Origin: Bacillota bacterium
GTDB taxonomy: Bacteria; Patescibacteriota; Patescibacteriia; Patescibacteriales; UBA12465
Direction: 5' to 3'
DNA length: 64,000 bases
Assembly (NCBI GenBank): GCA_050259635.1
Contig: JBLNBA010000002.1
Coordinates: forward strand, 90,681-154,680
The notes under the pieces are model-generated. The model saw only the letters and a list, made by a program, of their open reading frames with translations, did not search any database and was not told the origin of the DNA. Of this stretch, positions 8,520 through 16,943 are shown in pieces (position 1 is the stretch's first letter; the number at the start of each line of letters is the position of its first letter). Both the position numbers and the translations under genes were made by a program.

Positions 8520-10763
8520 ATGGAGAAGATCGATTGGGCGAAGATCCTTCGTTTACTGTTATCCCTTTCCTTTTGGACGGTTATTGCTGTCATCCCCTTG
8601 GGGATGTCTTTTTTCTTTCCGGTAATGAGTCCTTTTTTGTCGGTGAAGTCCGCCTTGTTATCGATCCTTGGTGCGGCGGCGGCAATCTTGGCGGCCTTTT
8701 CTTTGCGGTTATGGCGAGGTCATATTAATGGCGAATTATCCGGACGGCTCGTCTATCTGGCGCCGGCCTGGATATTTTTTATCATCTTCGCCATGCTCAC
8801 TATTTGGTCATCGGATCCAATGAAAAGCTGGGTGGGGTCATATGAAAGGCAGTTCGGTCTATTATCATATTTTTGGATCTTTTTCTGGTATTCTTTTGGA
8901 GCGATTAAGTTTTCTTCTCAGGGCCGAGGAGGGTGGCTAAACGGGGTTAAACTTTTATCCTTACTCACAACCGCGATCGGGACGCTGATCGCCGTCTATT
9001 CTTTTTTGCAGTTTTGCGGCATTGATTTCTCAATTTGGCAGGAACCCCAATTGTTGAATCGGGCGATCGGGACATTGGGCCAGCCGAATTTTTTGGGTTC
9101 ATTTTTGGCGATGTCCCTGGCCCTGACTACCTATCTATTATTTTCATCTGGACGGAAGGGAAGGGTTTGCATTTTGCCTGCATTGTTAATCCAGTTCTGC
9201 GGTTTGGCTGTCAGCGGGTCACGCTCTGCTTGGTTGGCGGCGATTGTAGTTGGGGTGGGGGTAGTAATAATTTCGGCGTGGAAGCGCTATCGGGCCAAAT
9301 CCTTGCTTATGGCGGCTGCAATTGTGCTTGTCTCCCTTTCCATCTTGTTCTTGATTATGCCCGATAGGATTAATTCCTTATCTGACTTTAACCAGGGGAG
9401 TCCGGCGCTAAGGCGTTATTTTTATCAGGCCGGGTTTAAGGCGTTTGCCGCGAAACCATGGTTGGGTACAGGGCTGGAGAATGGGGGAGAGGGTATGATA
9501 TCCGCTTATGAGCCTGATTGGGGCATCTTTCTGCCCATTGACGGATATACGGATAAGGCTCACAACAGTGTCCTGGATATGGCTATCCAGACTGGCGTTA
9601 TCGGCCTGCTAGTTTGGCTGGGGCTCTACGCTTATCTGGCCTGGCGGGTGGTCCGTCTTTATAAAAAAGAAGAAGGAAAGCCTTTTGCGCTGGCAGCAGG
9701 AGCGGCTATGTCCATTTACGGGATCTCTATATTCTTCGGTCTTTCTGATATCGCCGATTCTTTCTTCTTTTGGGTTATCGCGGCGGCGGTTGTGGGAGGT
9801 AATTTCGTCTTTTATCCGCGGCCTGCTTCGCATATAAGGGATTTCCGATTTCGGCGTCCATTAGGCCTGGCATTTTCCGTATTAATCATCTTATTATCTC
9901 TGGGCCAGCTGGCCTTCAGTCTGGGAAGTCTGCAGGCTGATTATTATTTCCTCCAACTGAATCGGGCGCTAATCCAGGAAGACCATTTTACCGCCGCGAG
10001 CTTATATTCATATCTTTCATCCACCGCCTTCAATGGAGCACATCGGGAGTATTATCAGCGCTCTTATGCTTCTCATCTTTTGGTTGCCTATGAATCCGCA
10101 CAGGATGAAACTACCCGGTCCTTGATATTCAGTCTGCTTAAGGAACTTAGAGCATCCTTGCCCGCCCGCGGTGCGGATAATCTTTTGGTTGTAGCCCGCC
10201 TTGATTGTTTTTTTGAAGATTCCCGCAGCGCACCTCTCTTTGAGACCGTAATCTCTATAAGTCCTCAGCGTCCTCTTGCTTATCGCGAACGGGCGGTGTG
10301 CCGAGCCCGGCATGATGATGTTTCGGGTGCTTTGTCTGACTACTCGCAAGCACTGTCGCTCTTGCCTTCCGCAAATGATCCGCGCATAAATATTGAACAT
10401 TTAAATTATCTTCGTTTTTATACTTATCTCCTCGAGAAGGAAAGAGGGAATCTATTCTCTTCGCAAGGGAAACTTGAAGAAGCTTTAACGTCTTATAAGG
10501 AGGCTTATAATAATTATCCCGATGATATCGGGCTTTATCTCCCGATTTCCGGTTTGTTGGTCGAAATGCACCGGGTTCCCGAAGCGGAAGAAGCCTTGAA
10601 GCATGCGTATCTAAGAGAACCCTTATCATATCGGTGGCCTTTGGAGCTGGCAGCGCTCAAGCAGCGGACTGGTGATAAGGCCTCGGCTATGGATTATGCG
10701 CGAGAAGCTTCGGCCTTGGCGCCAGAGGAGAGCCTGCCTCTACCGACAGCCTCTCAATATTGA
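8520..10763 (+). CDS. O-antigen ligase-like (Wzy_C) polytopic membrane protein with a C-terminal TPR domain
   Basis: About 12 TM helices with SGSRSAWLAA and KAHNSVLDMAIQTGVIGL (Wzy_C hallmarks). The C-terminal ~270 aa are TPR-like (ALSDYSQAL..., EEALTSYKEAYNNYPDD). Confidence 0.8.
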   Translation: MEKIDWAKILRLLLSLSFWTVIAVIPLGMSFFFPVMSPFLSVKSALLSILGAAAAILAAFSLRLWRGHINGELSGRLVYLAPAWIFFIIFAMLTIWSSDPMKSWVGSYERQFGLLSYFWIFFWYSFGAIKFSSQGRGGWLNGVKLLSLLTTAIGTLIAVYSFLQFCGIDFSIWQEPQLLNRAIGTLGQPNFLGSFLAMSLALTTYLLFSSGRKGRVCILPALLIQFCGLAVSGSRSAWLAAIVVGVGVVIISAWKRYRAKSLLMAAAIVLVSLSILFLIMPDRINSLSDFNQGSPALRRYFYQAGFKAFAAKPWLGTGLENGGEGMISAYEPDWGIFLPIDGYTDKAHNSVLDMAIQTGVIGLLVWLGLYAYLAWRVVRLYKKEEGKPFALAAGAAMSIYGISIFFGLSDIADSFFFWVIAAAVVGGNFVFYPRPASHIRDFRFRRPLGLAFSVLIILLSLGQLAFSLGSLQADYYFLQLNRALIQEDHFTAASLYSYLSSTAFNGAHREYYQRSYASHLLVAYESAQDETTRSLIFSLLKELRASLPARGADNLLVVARLDCFFEDSRSAPLFETVISISPQRPLAYRERAVCRARHDDVSGALSDYSQALSLLPSANDPRINIEHLNYLRFYTYLLEKERGNLFSSQGKLEEALTSYKEAYNNYPDDIGLYLPISGLLVEMHRVPEAEEALKHAYLREPLSYRWPLELAALKQRTGDKASAMDYAREASALAPEESLPLPTASQY

Positions 10764-10768
10764 TTGAT

Positions 10769-11578
10769 ATGCTTATCTTATCCCTTACAATCTTTTTCTT
10801 TGGGCTAGCCCTTGGCAGCTATGCAAATTGCCTTATTTGGAGGCTTTATAAAGGTGAGACTACCTTTGGCCACTCATACTGCCCGCATTGCCGTCACGAA
10901 CTTTCCTGGAAAGATAATATTCCGCTGTATAGTTTTTTCTCTTTGCACGGGCGGTGCCGCTATTGCCGTCAGCCGATTTCTTGGCAATATCCGTTGGTGG
11001 AGGCGGCGGTGGGGCTGTTATTTTTATTTTTCTGGCTTCGACATACGAGTGAAGCTTCCTTTTCTTATGACGCCTTTCTTTTCTTAGCCCGGGAGTCGTC
11101 GTTTTGGCTGTTGCTTGTCAGGGATCTTATCGCCGCCTGGGTGTTGACGGTGGTGTTCGTTTTTGATCTGAGATATTTTTTGGTCTCGACTTCACTATCG
11201 GCTGGCGCGGCGCTTGTCTTCTTGGCTATTAATCTCCTCTTAGGAGCAGATTGGCTCTTATCCTTTATCCTTATCCTGTCCGGGGCGGCTTTTTTCGGCA
11301 TCCAGTACTTGGCAACTAAAGGGAAGGGTATCGGGGAGGGCGATATTTGGCTTGGCGGGATGATGGGAGCGCTGTTTATGCATGCTAATCAACTTGTTCT
11401 GGCCGTCTTTGCAACCTACATGTTCGGGCTTCTGGCAGCTTTAGGGCTGTTATTAGCAGGAAAGAAGTCTCTTAGCTCAAAACTTCCTTTAGGGGTCTTT
11501 ATAGCCCTTGGTACGCTCTTTGCGCTTGCCTTCGGCGGAAGGATTTTAGAGAGCTACTGGCATTACTTCCAGTTGTGA
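10769..11578 (+). CDS. pilD: Prepilin (type IV) leader peptidase, A24 family
   Basis: N-terminal CPHCRHEL...CRYCRQPI zinc motif, multiple TM helices, GEGDIWLGGMMGA. The track TTG start at 10760 overlaps the upstream stop; an ATG lies at 10769. Confidence 0.85.
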   Translation: MLILSLTIFFFGLALGSYANCLIWRLYKGETTFGHSYCPHCRHELSWKDNIPLYSFFSLHGRCRYCRQPISWQYPLVEAAVGLLFLFFWLRHTSEASFSYDAFLFLARESSFWLLLVRDLIAAWVLTVVFVFDLRYFLVSTSLSAGAALVFLAINLLLGADWLLSFILILSGAAFFGIQYLATKGKGIGEGDIWLGGMMGALFMHANQLVLAVFATYMFGLLAALGLLLAGKKSLSSKLPLGVFIALGTLFALAFGGRILESYWHYFQL

Positions 11579-11672
11579 ATATCCCAAAAATTTATTATAA
11601 TGGGTGTGTACGCCTAAAATCGCTGTAGAGTCTCATTTCACGGGGTTCTTACAGCCGTTTTAATTATTTCAT

Positions 11673-12929
11673 ATGAAAGATGACATCATCGCCGGCTTAG
11701 ATATAGGCTCAACTGCCGTTCGTCTCGTGATCGGACAGAAAGTTTCCGGTCCTACGGGTGACGAGATCCAGATAATCGGAGCTGTTTCTTCGCCCACGCA
11801 AGGTGTGAGCAAAGGAGTGGTAAATAGCATTGAGGAAACCACTTCTTCTATTTCTGCTTGCTTGGAAAAAGCCGAGCGTATCGTTGGCGTGCCCATAAGC
11901 AGCGTTTGGGTGGGTATTAATGATCCCAACGTGAAATCCGAACGCAGTAAGGGCGTCGTGGCGGTGAGCAAGAGTGACGGAGAAATCAGTGAGGCGGATG
12001 TGAGCCGAGCGATTGAAGCTGCGCGCGCATTGGCAGTGCCAGTGAATTATGAGATCCTCCATGTAATGCCCATCAAATTTGCAGTCGATAATCAGACGGA
12101 TATCAAAGACCCTATCGGGATGAGTGGCATCCGGTTGGAAGTGGAGGCTTTGATTATCCAAGGTCTGAGCACGCAGACGAAGAATCTTACCAAAGCTATT
12201 TTTAGAACCGGCCTTGAGATCGAAGATCTCGTTATCTCGCCCTTAGCGGCGGCTGAGGCTGTCTTGACTCCGAAACAGAAAGAACTCGGCGTCGCCCTGA
12301 TCAATATCGGTTCCTCGACGACATCGCTAGCTGTCTATGAAGAGCGCAATCTCTTGCATGCGGCCGTCTTGCCTATCGGGTCGGAGTATATAACCAATGA
12401 TATCGCTCTTGGTTTGCGTTGTCCGATAAATTTGGCGGAAAGGATAAAGCTGGAGTATGGCAGCGCTAACCCTGATTCATTTGAAAAAGATGAAGAGGTG
12501 GATGTGAGCGGGCTGGCAAAGGAAGAGGATGTCAATGATGATATTTCTATCGTCTCTCGCAAATATATCGCCGAGATCATTGAAGCTCGCGTAGAAGAGA
12601 TTTTTGATAAGGTTGATAAGGAGTTGAAGAAGATCGACCGTTCTGGCATGCTGCCAGCCGGAGTAGTATTTACCGGTGCCGGCGCCCAGTTGGATGGCGT
12701 GATCGAAGCGGCTAAGCGGAAGCTGCGATTGCCGGCCGCGATGGGGCAATGCAAGAACATCAGTGTTGTCATCGATAAGGTTAAGACTCCGGAGTTCCTG
12801 CCGGCTTTAGGCTTGGTGCTTTGGGGAGCCCATGAGTATCCGGGCCAAGGAGGAAATAGCTTTAAAGGAAATTTCAATAACATTGCTGACCGGATCAAGA
12901 ATATCTTTTCCAATATTATTCCTAGATAA
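11673..12929 (+). CDS. ftsA: Cell division protein FtsA
   Basis: Actin-like fold motifs (GLDIGSTAVR, ALINIGSSTT, GVVFTGAGAQL) and a C-terminal amphipathic tail. Confidence 0.9.
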   Translation: MKDDIIAGLDIGSTAVRLVIGQKVSGPTGDEIQIIGAVSSPTQGVSKGVVNSIEETTSSISACLEKAERIVGVPISSVWVGINDPNVKSERSKGVVAVSKSDGEISEADVSRAIEAARALAVPVNYEILHVMPIKFAVDNQTDIKDPIGMSGIRLEVEALIIQGLSTQTKNLTKAIFRTGLEIEDLVISPLAAAEAVLTPKQKELGVALINIGSSTTSLAVYEERNLLHAAVLPIGSEYITNDIALGLRCPINLAERIKLEYGSANPDSFEKDEEVDVSGLAKEEDVNDDISIVSRKYIAEIIEARVEEIFDKVDKELKKIDRSGMLPAGVVFTGAGAQLDGVIEAAKRKLRLPAAMGQCKNISVVIDKVKTPEFLPALGLVLWGAHEYPGQGGNSFKGNFNNIADRIKNIFSNIIPR

Positions 12930-12966
12930 TTAATATATTGCCGCTTCCGAGCGGTTTACCAGAAAT

Positions 12967-14166
12967 ATGGCTGAAGTCAAACCAGACATTGAAACCTTCG
13001 CAAAGATCAAAGTTGTCGGCGTGGGAGGCGGCGGTGGCAGTGCCATCAACCGAATGATTGAAAACGGCATCAAGGGAGTGGAATTTGTTGCCATCAACAC
13101 CGATATCCAGGCCTTGCATTACAATAAGGCGGGCGAAAAAATCCATATCGGCAAGACCGTGACCAGGGGGCTTGGAGCGGGAATGAATCCCGATCTCGGG
13201 CGCGGTGCCGCGGAAGAGTCTCAGAATGAGATCCGGGAAGCGCTTAAGGGCTGTGACATGGTCTTCGTGACTTGTGGCTTAGGCGGAGGTACCGGCTCCG
13301 GTGCCTCGCCGATCGTAGCCCAGATTGCACGTGATCTTGGCGCTTTGACCGTGGCTGTCGTTACTAAGCCTTTCGTATTCGAGGGCGGCCAGCGCAAAAA
13401 TATCGCCGACCGGGCCTTTGCCGACTTAGCAGACAAGGTTGATACCATCATTACCATCTCCAACGACAAGTTATTACAGGTGATAGATAAAAGAACCTCA
13501 TTATTGGAAGCTTTTGCGATTGCTGATGATGTCTTGCGCCAAGGCGTGCAGGGGATTGCGGAAATCATCACCGTCCCGGGCGTAATTAATGCCGACTTTG
13601 CCGATGTGAAAGCGGTTATGGCTAATGCCGGGTCTGCCCTCATGGGTATCGGACAGGCAAGCGGAGAGAATAAGGCGATTGAGGCGGCTAAGGCGGCCAT
13701 CAATTCCAATCTCCTCGATATGTCTATCGACGGTGCTCGGGGAATTGTCTTTACCATTACCGGCGGTCCCGATTTGAGCATGAACGAAGTGAGCGATGCC
13801 GCTAAGGTTATTACTTCTGCTGCCGATGAGGATGCGAAGATCATCTTCGGTGCCGTTATTGACGAGAAGATGAAGGACCAGATCAAGATTACCGTGGTTG
13901 CGACCGGTTTTGATGGGAAGAGCAAGGGAGTGAAGCCGGAGCTGAAGAGCTATACCCCAAATCCTTTCATTGAAAACGAGAATGAGAAGGAGGCGCCCAC
14001 CCCGGCGTCCGCTCTCTGGGGCGACAAGAAAGCCAAAGTCCCTACCATAAAGAACATTCCTCTTAAACCATTAGTAGAGAAACGTGTTGAGAAAGCTCAG
14101 GAACCCGAAGATGACGATGATGATGACTTGAGCGTACCGGCATTTATTAGGAAGAAGATGAATTAA
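12967..14166 (+). CDS. ftsZ: Cell division GTPase FtsZ
   Basis: VVGVGGGGGSAINRM, GGGTGSGASP (tubulin signature), acidic linker and conserved C-terminal peptide DDLSVPAFIRKK. Confidence 0.97.
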   Translation: MAEVKPDIETFAKIKVVGVGGGGGSAINRMIENGIKGVEFVAINTDIQALHYNKAGEKIHIGKTVTRGLGAGMNPDLGRGAAEESQNEIREALKGCDMVFVTCGLGGGTGSGASPIVAQIARDLGALTVAVVTKPFVFEGGQRKNIADRAFADLADKVDTIITISNDKLLQVIDKRTSLLEAFAIADDVLRQGVQGIAEIITVPGVINADFADVKAVMANAGSALMGIGQASGENKAIEAAKAAINSNLLDMSIDGARGIVFTITGGPDLSMNEVSDAAKVITSAADEDAKIIFGAVIDEKMKDQIKITVVATGFDGKSKGVKPELKSYTPNPFIENENEKEAPTPASALWGDKKAKVPTIKNIPLKPLVEKRVEKAQEPEDDDDDDLSVPAFIRKKMN

Positions 14167-14192
14167 TCTTTTTCGATAACCGGGTAGCCTCT

Positions 14193-14222
14193 AAAGAGGA
14201 CTGCTATTAGGCAGCCCTCTTT
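14193..14222 (+). terminator. Probable ftsZ terminator hairpin
   Basis: AAAGAGG-A-CTGC-tatta-G-GCAG-C-CCTCTTT followed by a T-rich tail. Confidence 0.5.
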
Positions 14223-14226
14223 ATTA

Positions 14227-14255
14227 TTGACAAAATAGTGGTAAAGTTCTAGGAT
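14227..14255 (+). promoter_or_regulatory. Sigma70-type promoter for the orphan gene at 14306
   Basis: TTGACA, 17 nt spacer, TAGGAT. Confidence 0.5.
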
Positions 14256-14305
14256 GTGAGGTCGCAAAGTGCGATATTTTTCTTTAACAACAAAAAATCA
14301 TAACA

Positions 14306-15397
14306 ATGGGAAAAGACCAAAATGAAGGGAGTCTTGGGCAAGGACTGGGACTCAGCATGGCTTTGCTGAAAGCAATGGCAGCAGCAGCTAAGAAAAATGA
14401 TCTGAACTTTGGAGAGATCCAAAAGATCATAGAAAATGACAGGATCGTTTATGAAGCGATTGACAGGATGGTTGCGGAACTAAAGCAGCCTGTCGTTATA
14501 AATGAGGGTCGTCGCTCGATAATTGAACCAACAAGAGGAAATAATGAATCATTTTCTAAATTGTTCGTTTCTTCTGATGATGTTAATTCTTGGTTAAGAG
14601 CTAATCATCCACCGACCGTGGCCACAAGAATATTAATGACAGATTTGGGTAGAAATTTGAGCTCCCTGGAAAAGTATCTGGACAGGCATACGGTGGAGCC
14701 GCAGCCGGAAAAATTTGCCTTTACACCTGATCAAATAATGTTAATCTGGGAGAAATATCTTAAAGGATATTTAAAAGATGATGCCCGGGCGCTTATATTG
14801 ACTAAGTATGAGGAATCTTACAGGTATATTGAGCTTAGAATTAAAGATATGAATCCTCATGCGAGAATGTTGGGGTTGCCGTCCGATTTCACAAATAATT
14901 TTAATTCTGTTTTTATTTGTCCTCATTTCCGCTTCTTTGGCATAGACAAGATGGTTAGGATATGGAAACAGAATATCCCGATTCCCAAACAACCGGAGCA
15001 TTCCAGAGTCAATGAATTCGGGCACGTTTGGCTACATGTAGATGAGAATTTTAATATGAGCGAATGCAAACCGTCAACCTTAACAGATGCCGCGGATACT
15101 TATTATTTGATTAAAAATTCTTATTCCTGGGCCGAAATCTTTTACGACATCAATCCGGATTTTAAGGAGATTGCTCTGACTATAAATGAAGCGCTCGCTC
15201 TTAATGAGGAATTAAAATACAACGATTACCCCATGGCCTACCTTATAGAGCAGAATGATAAGTTTTTCGTTCTTGAGTGTAAGCATAGTCTTGGCAATAT
15301 TAAGACCGGGAAGATCTGGAAATTAAGCGAAGGAGGAGCTTTAAACGTTAATGGTAATCACAAGATCATTACACGGGATAATTTCCTGCCTTTCTAG
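14306..15397 (+). CDS. Orphan protein (363 aa), AT-rich, monocistronic; weak paralog of the 47497 gene
   Basis: Long ORF with its own promoter, leader and terminator. Visibly lower GC than neighbours. No recognisable domain. Confidence 0.6.
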   Translation: MGKDQNEGSLGQGLGLSMALLKAMAAAAKKNDLNFGEIQKIIENDRIVYEAIDRMVAELKQPVVINEGRRSIIEPTRGNNESFSKLFVSSDDVNSWLRANHPPTVATRILMTDLGRNLSSLEKYLDRHTVEPQPEKFAFTPDQIMLIWEKYLKGYLKDDARALILTKYEESYRYIELRIKDMNPHARMLGLPSDFTNNFNSVFICPHFRFFGIDKMVRIWKQNIPIPKQPEHSRVNEFGHVWLHVDENFNMSECKPSTLTDAADTYYLIKNSYSWAEIFYDINPDFKEIALTINEALALNEELKYNDYPMAYLIEQNDKFFVLECKHSLGNIKTGKIWKLSEGGALNVNGNHKIITRDNFLPF

Positions 15398-15411
15398 AAA
15401 TGAAACAATTT

Positions 15412-15442
15412 GCCCCTGAATCTATCAATTCAGGGGCTTTTT
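15412..15442 (+). terminator. Intrinsic terminator of the orphan gene
   Basis: GCCCCTGAA-loop-TTCAGGGGC followed by TTTTT. Confidence 0.8.
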
Positions 15443-15459
15443 ATATATAATATAAGTGT

Positions 15460-16176
15460 ATGAGAGTCGACTTTTGCGTGCCGGTGTATAATGAGGGTGC
15501 CATTTTCGACGCTAATGCCGAAAGGATCTGGCGCTTTTTAAAGGCGGCGTCGCTGCCTTATGAGTGGAGTCTGATCTTTATCGTCAATGGTTCTTGTCCT
15601 GATTTTGAGATTCAAGTAGAAAGCTTCGCTAACGCTGTCCGTCCGGAAGTTTCTTGCTATATTATTCCTGAACCTGGTAAAGGAAGGGCGATTAAGACGT
15701 ATTTTAACGCCAGCCAAGCAGATATTATCGCTTATTTGGACATTGATTTAGCGGTTGACCCTTCTGCGTTGCCTAAGCTCATCGAGCCGATTACCCAAGA
15801 GGAAGCGGATCTGGTGTTTGGCTCGAGGATGCTTCCCGAATCGGTGAAGAACCGGTCGTGGGTGAGGGAATCCAGCTCAAGGGCGTACATCGCCTTTTCA
15901 AGGGCCGTGTTGGGGCATCATTTCAGCGACCTCCAATGCGGATTCAAGGCTATAAGGGCTTCGGCTTGGCGGCATATTTCTCCTTACATCGAAAATGAAG
16001 CGTGGTTTTTCGATACCGAGCTTATATATTATGGCCAGCGATTGGGCTATCGCTTAAAAGAGATACCGGTAGACTGGTCAGAGAATCGATATAGCGACCG
16101 GCACAGCAAGGTAAATCTGTGGCGGGACGGTTTACATTTCATTAAGGAAACCATCGCTCTTAAGAGCCGATCTTAA
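15460..16176 (+). CDS. Family 2 glycosyltransferase (polyprenol-phosphate sugar transferase-like)
   Basis: 238 aa GT-A fold: VPVYNEG, YLDIDLA (DxD), FGSRM, CGFKA. Confidence 0.8.
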   Translation: MRVDFCVPVYNEGAIFDANAERIWRFLKAASLPYEWSLIFIVNGSCPDFEIQVESFANAVRPEVSCYIIPEPGKGRAIKTYFNASQADIIAYLDIDLAVDPSALPKLIEPITQEEADLVFGSRMLPESVKNRSWVRESSSRAYIAFSRAVLGHHFSDLQCGFKAIRASAWRHISPYIENEAWFFDTELIYYGQRLGYRLKEIPVDWSENRYSDRHSKVNLWRDGLHFIKETIALKSRS

Positions 16177-16338
16177 AGTAAATTATATAATTATTTTTAA
16201 GCCCGCGTTTACGGGCTTTTATTTTACCCTCCTCCAAAACGCCAATATACATGGGCGTTTTTTTAACAAAAAATCTTATCCACAATGGTAAAATATCGGA
16301 GGCATTTTAGATGATTTTTATCTGAATATTGGCTGATT

Positions 16339-16367
16339 TTGACCCTCTTTTTTGATTCTGCTATAAT
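16339..16367 (+). promoter_or_regulatory. Promoter of the nrdR-nrdD operon
   Basis: TTGACC, 17 nt spacer, TATAAT with an extended TGc. Confidence 0.65.
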
Positions 16368-16375
16368 ATGGTTAA

Positions 16376-16423
16376 CTACAACATTTAGTGGAGTAAAGGA
16401 AAATTGCCCACTAAATATAGCAA
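16376..16423 (+). promoter_or_regulatory. Tandem NrdR boxes
   Basis: ctACAACATTTAGTGg (16376-16391) and cCACTAAATATAGcaa (16408-16423). Each matches 11/16 positions of the palindromic consensus acaCwAtATaTwGtgt. Centres are 32 bp apart, immediately downstream of the -10. Confidence 0.6.
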
Positions 16424-16437
16424 TTTAAAGGGTTTTT

Positions 16438-16899
16438 ATGAAATGTCCCGTCTGCTACCACAACGATACTAAGGTTGTCGACTCACGCGTCGCCGTTGAT
16501 GGTCTTTCTATCAGGCGTCGGAGAGAGTGTTTGAAGTGTAGTTTCCGTTTTTCGACCTATGAGGAAATTGAGATTTTGGACCTCATTATCGTCAAACGTG
16601 ATGGCCGACGTGAATCGTATAGCCGCGAGAAGCTAACGAGCGGTCTGCGCAAGTCCTTGGAGAAGCGGCCGGTGACCGAAGATAAATTCAAGCAGATCAT
16701 CCATGGCATCGAGCGCGACCTGCAGAAGCAACGCCAAGGGGAGGTAACATCTCGCCAAGTGGGCCAGATCGTCATGAAACATTTAAAGAAGACCGATCCG
16801 GTTGCTTATATACGCTATGCGTCCGTTTATGAATCGTTCAAGGATGCTAATGAGTTCCGACGGGAGCTTAATAAGCTTATCAAAGAGAAACATAAATAA
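16438..16899 (+). CDS. nrdR: Transcriptional repressor NrdR
   Basis: MKCPVCYHNDTKVVDSR...CLKC zinc ribbon plus an ATP-cone. Confidence 0.95.
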   Translation: MKCPVCYHNDTKVVDSRVAVDGLSIRRRRECLKCSFRFSTYEEIEILDLIIVKRDGRRESYSREKLTSGLRKSLEKRPVTEDKFKQIIHGIERDLQKQRQGEVTSRQVGQIVMKHLKKTDPVAYIRYASVYESFKDANEFRRELNKLIKEKHK

Positions 16900-16943
16900 A
16901 CTTAATATATCGCGGCGATAAAAACGCTGCCCTCACGAAACAC

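Noticed and set aside
8483-8728. 81-aa ORF overlapping the start of the Wzy_C gene in another frame
   Set aside because: It begins inside the terminator/promoter region and is fully explained by the overlapping 747-aa gene. It has no motif.
13221-13925. 234-aa ORF antisense to ftsZ, with similar long antisense ORFs at 20377-21111, 17799-18473, 54768-55415, 60913-61626 and 12335-12913
   Set aside because: All are nested opposite confidently identified conserved genes. They lack starts with plausible upstream signals and have compositionally odd translations.
16276-16284. Perfect DnaA box as evidence for oriC
   Set aside because: It is a single box with no cluster, no adjacent dnaA or dnaN, and no AT-rich unwinding repeats that I could identify.
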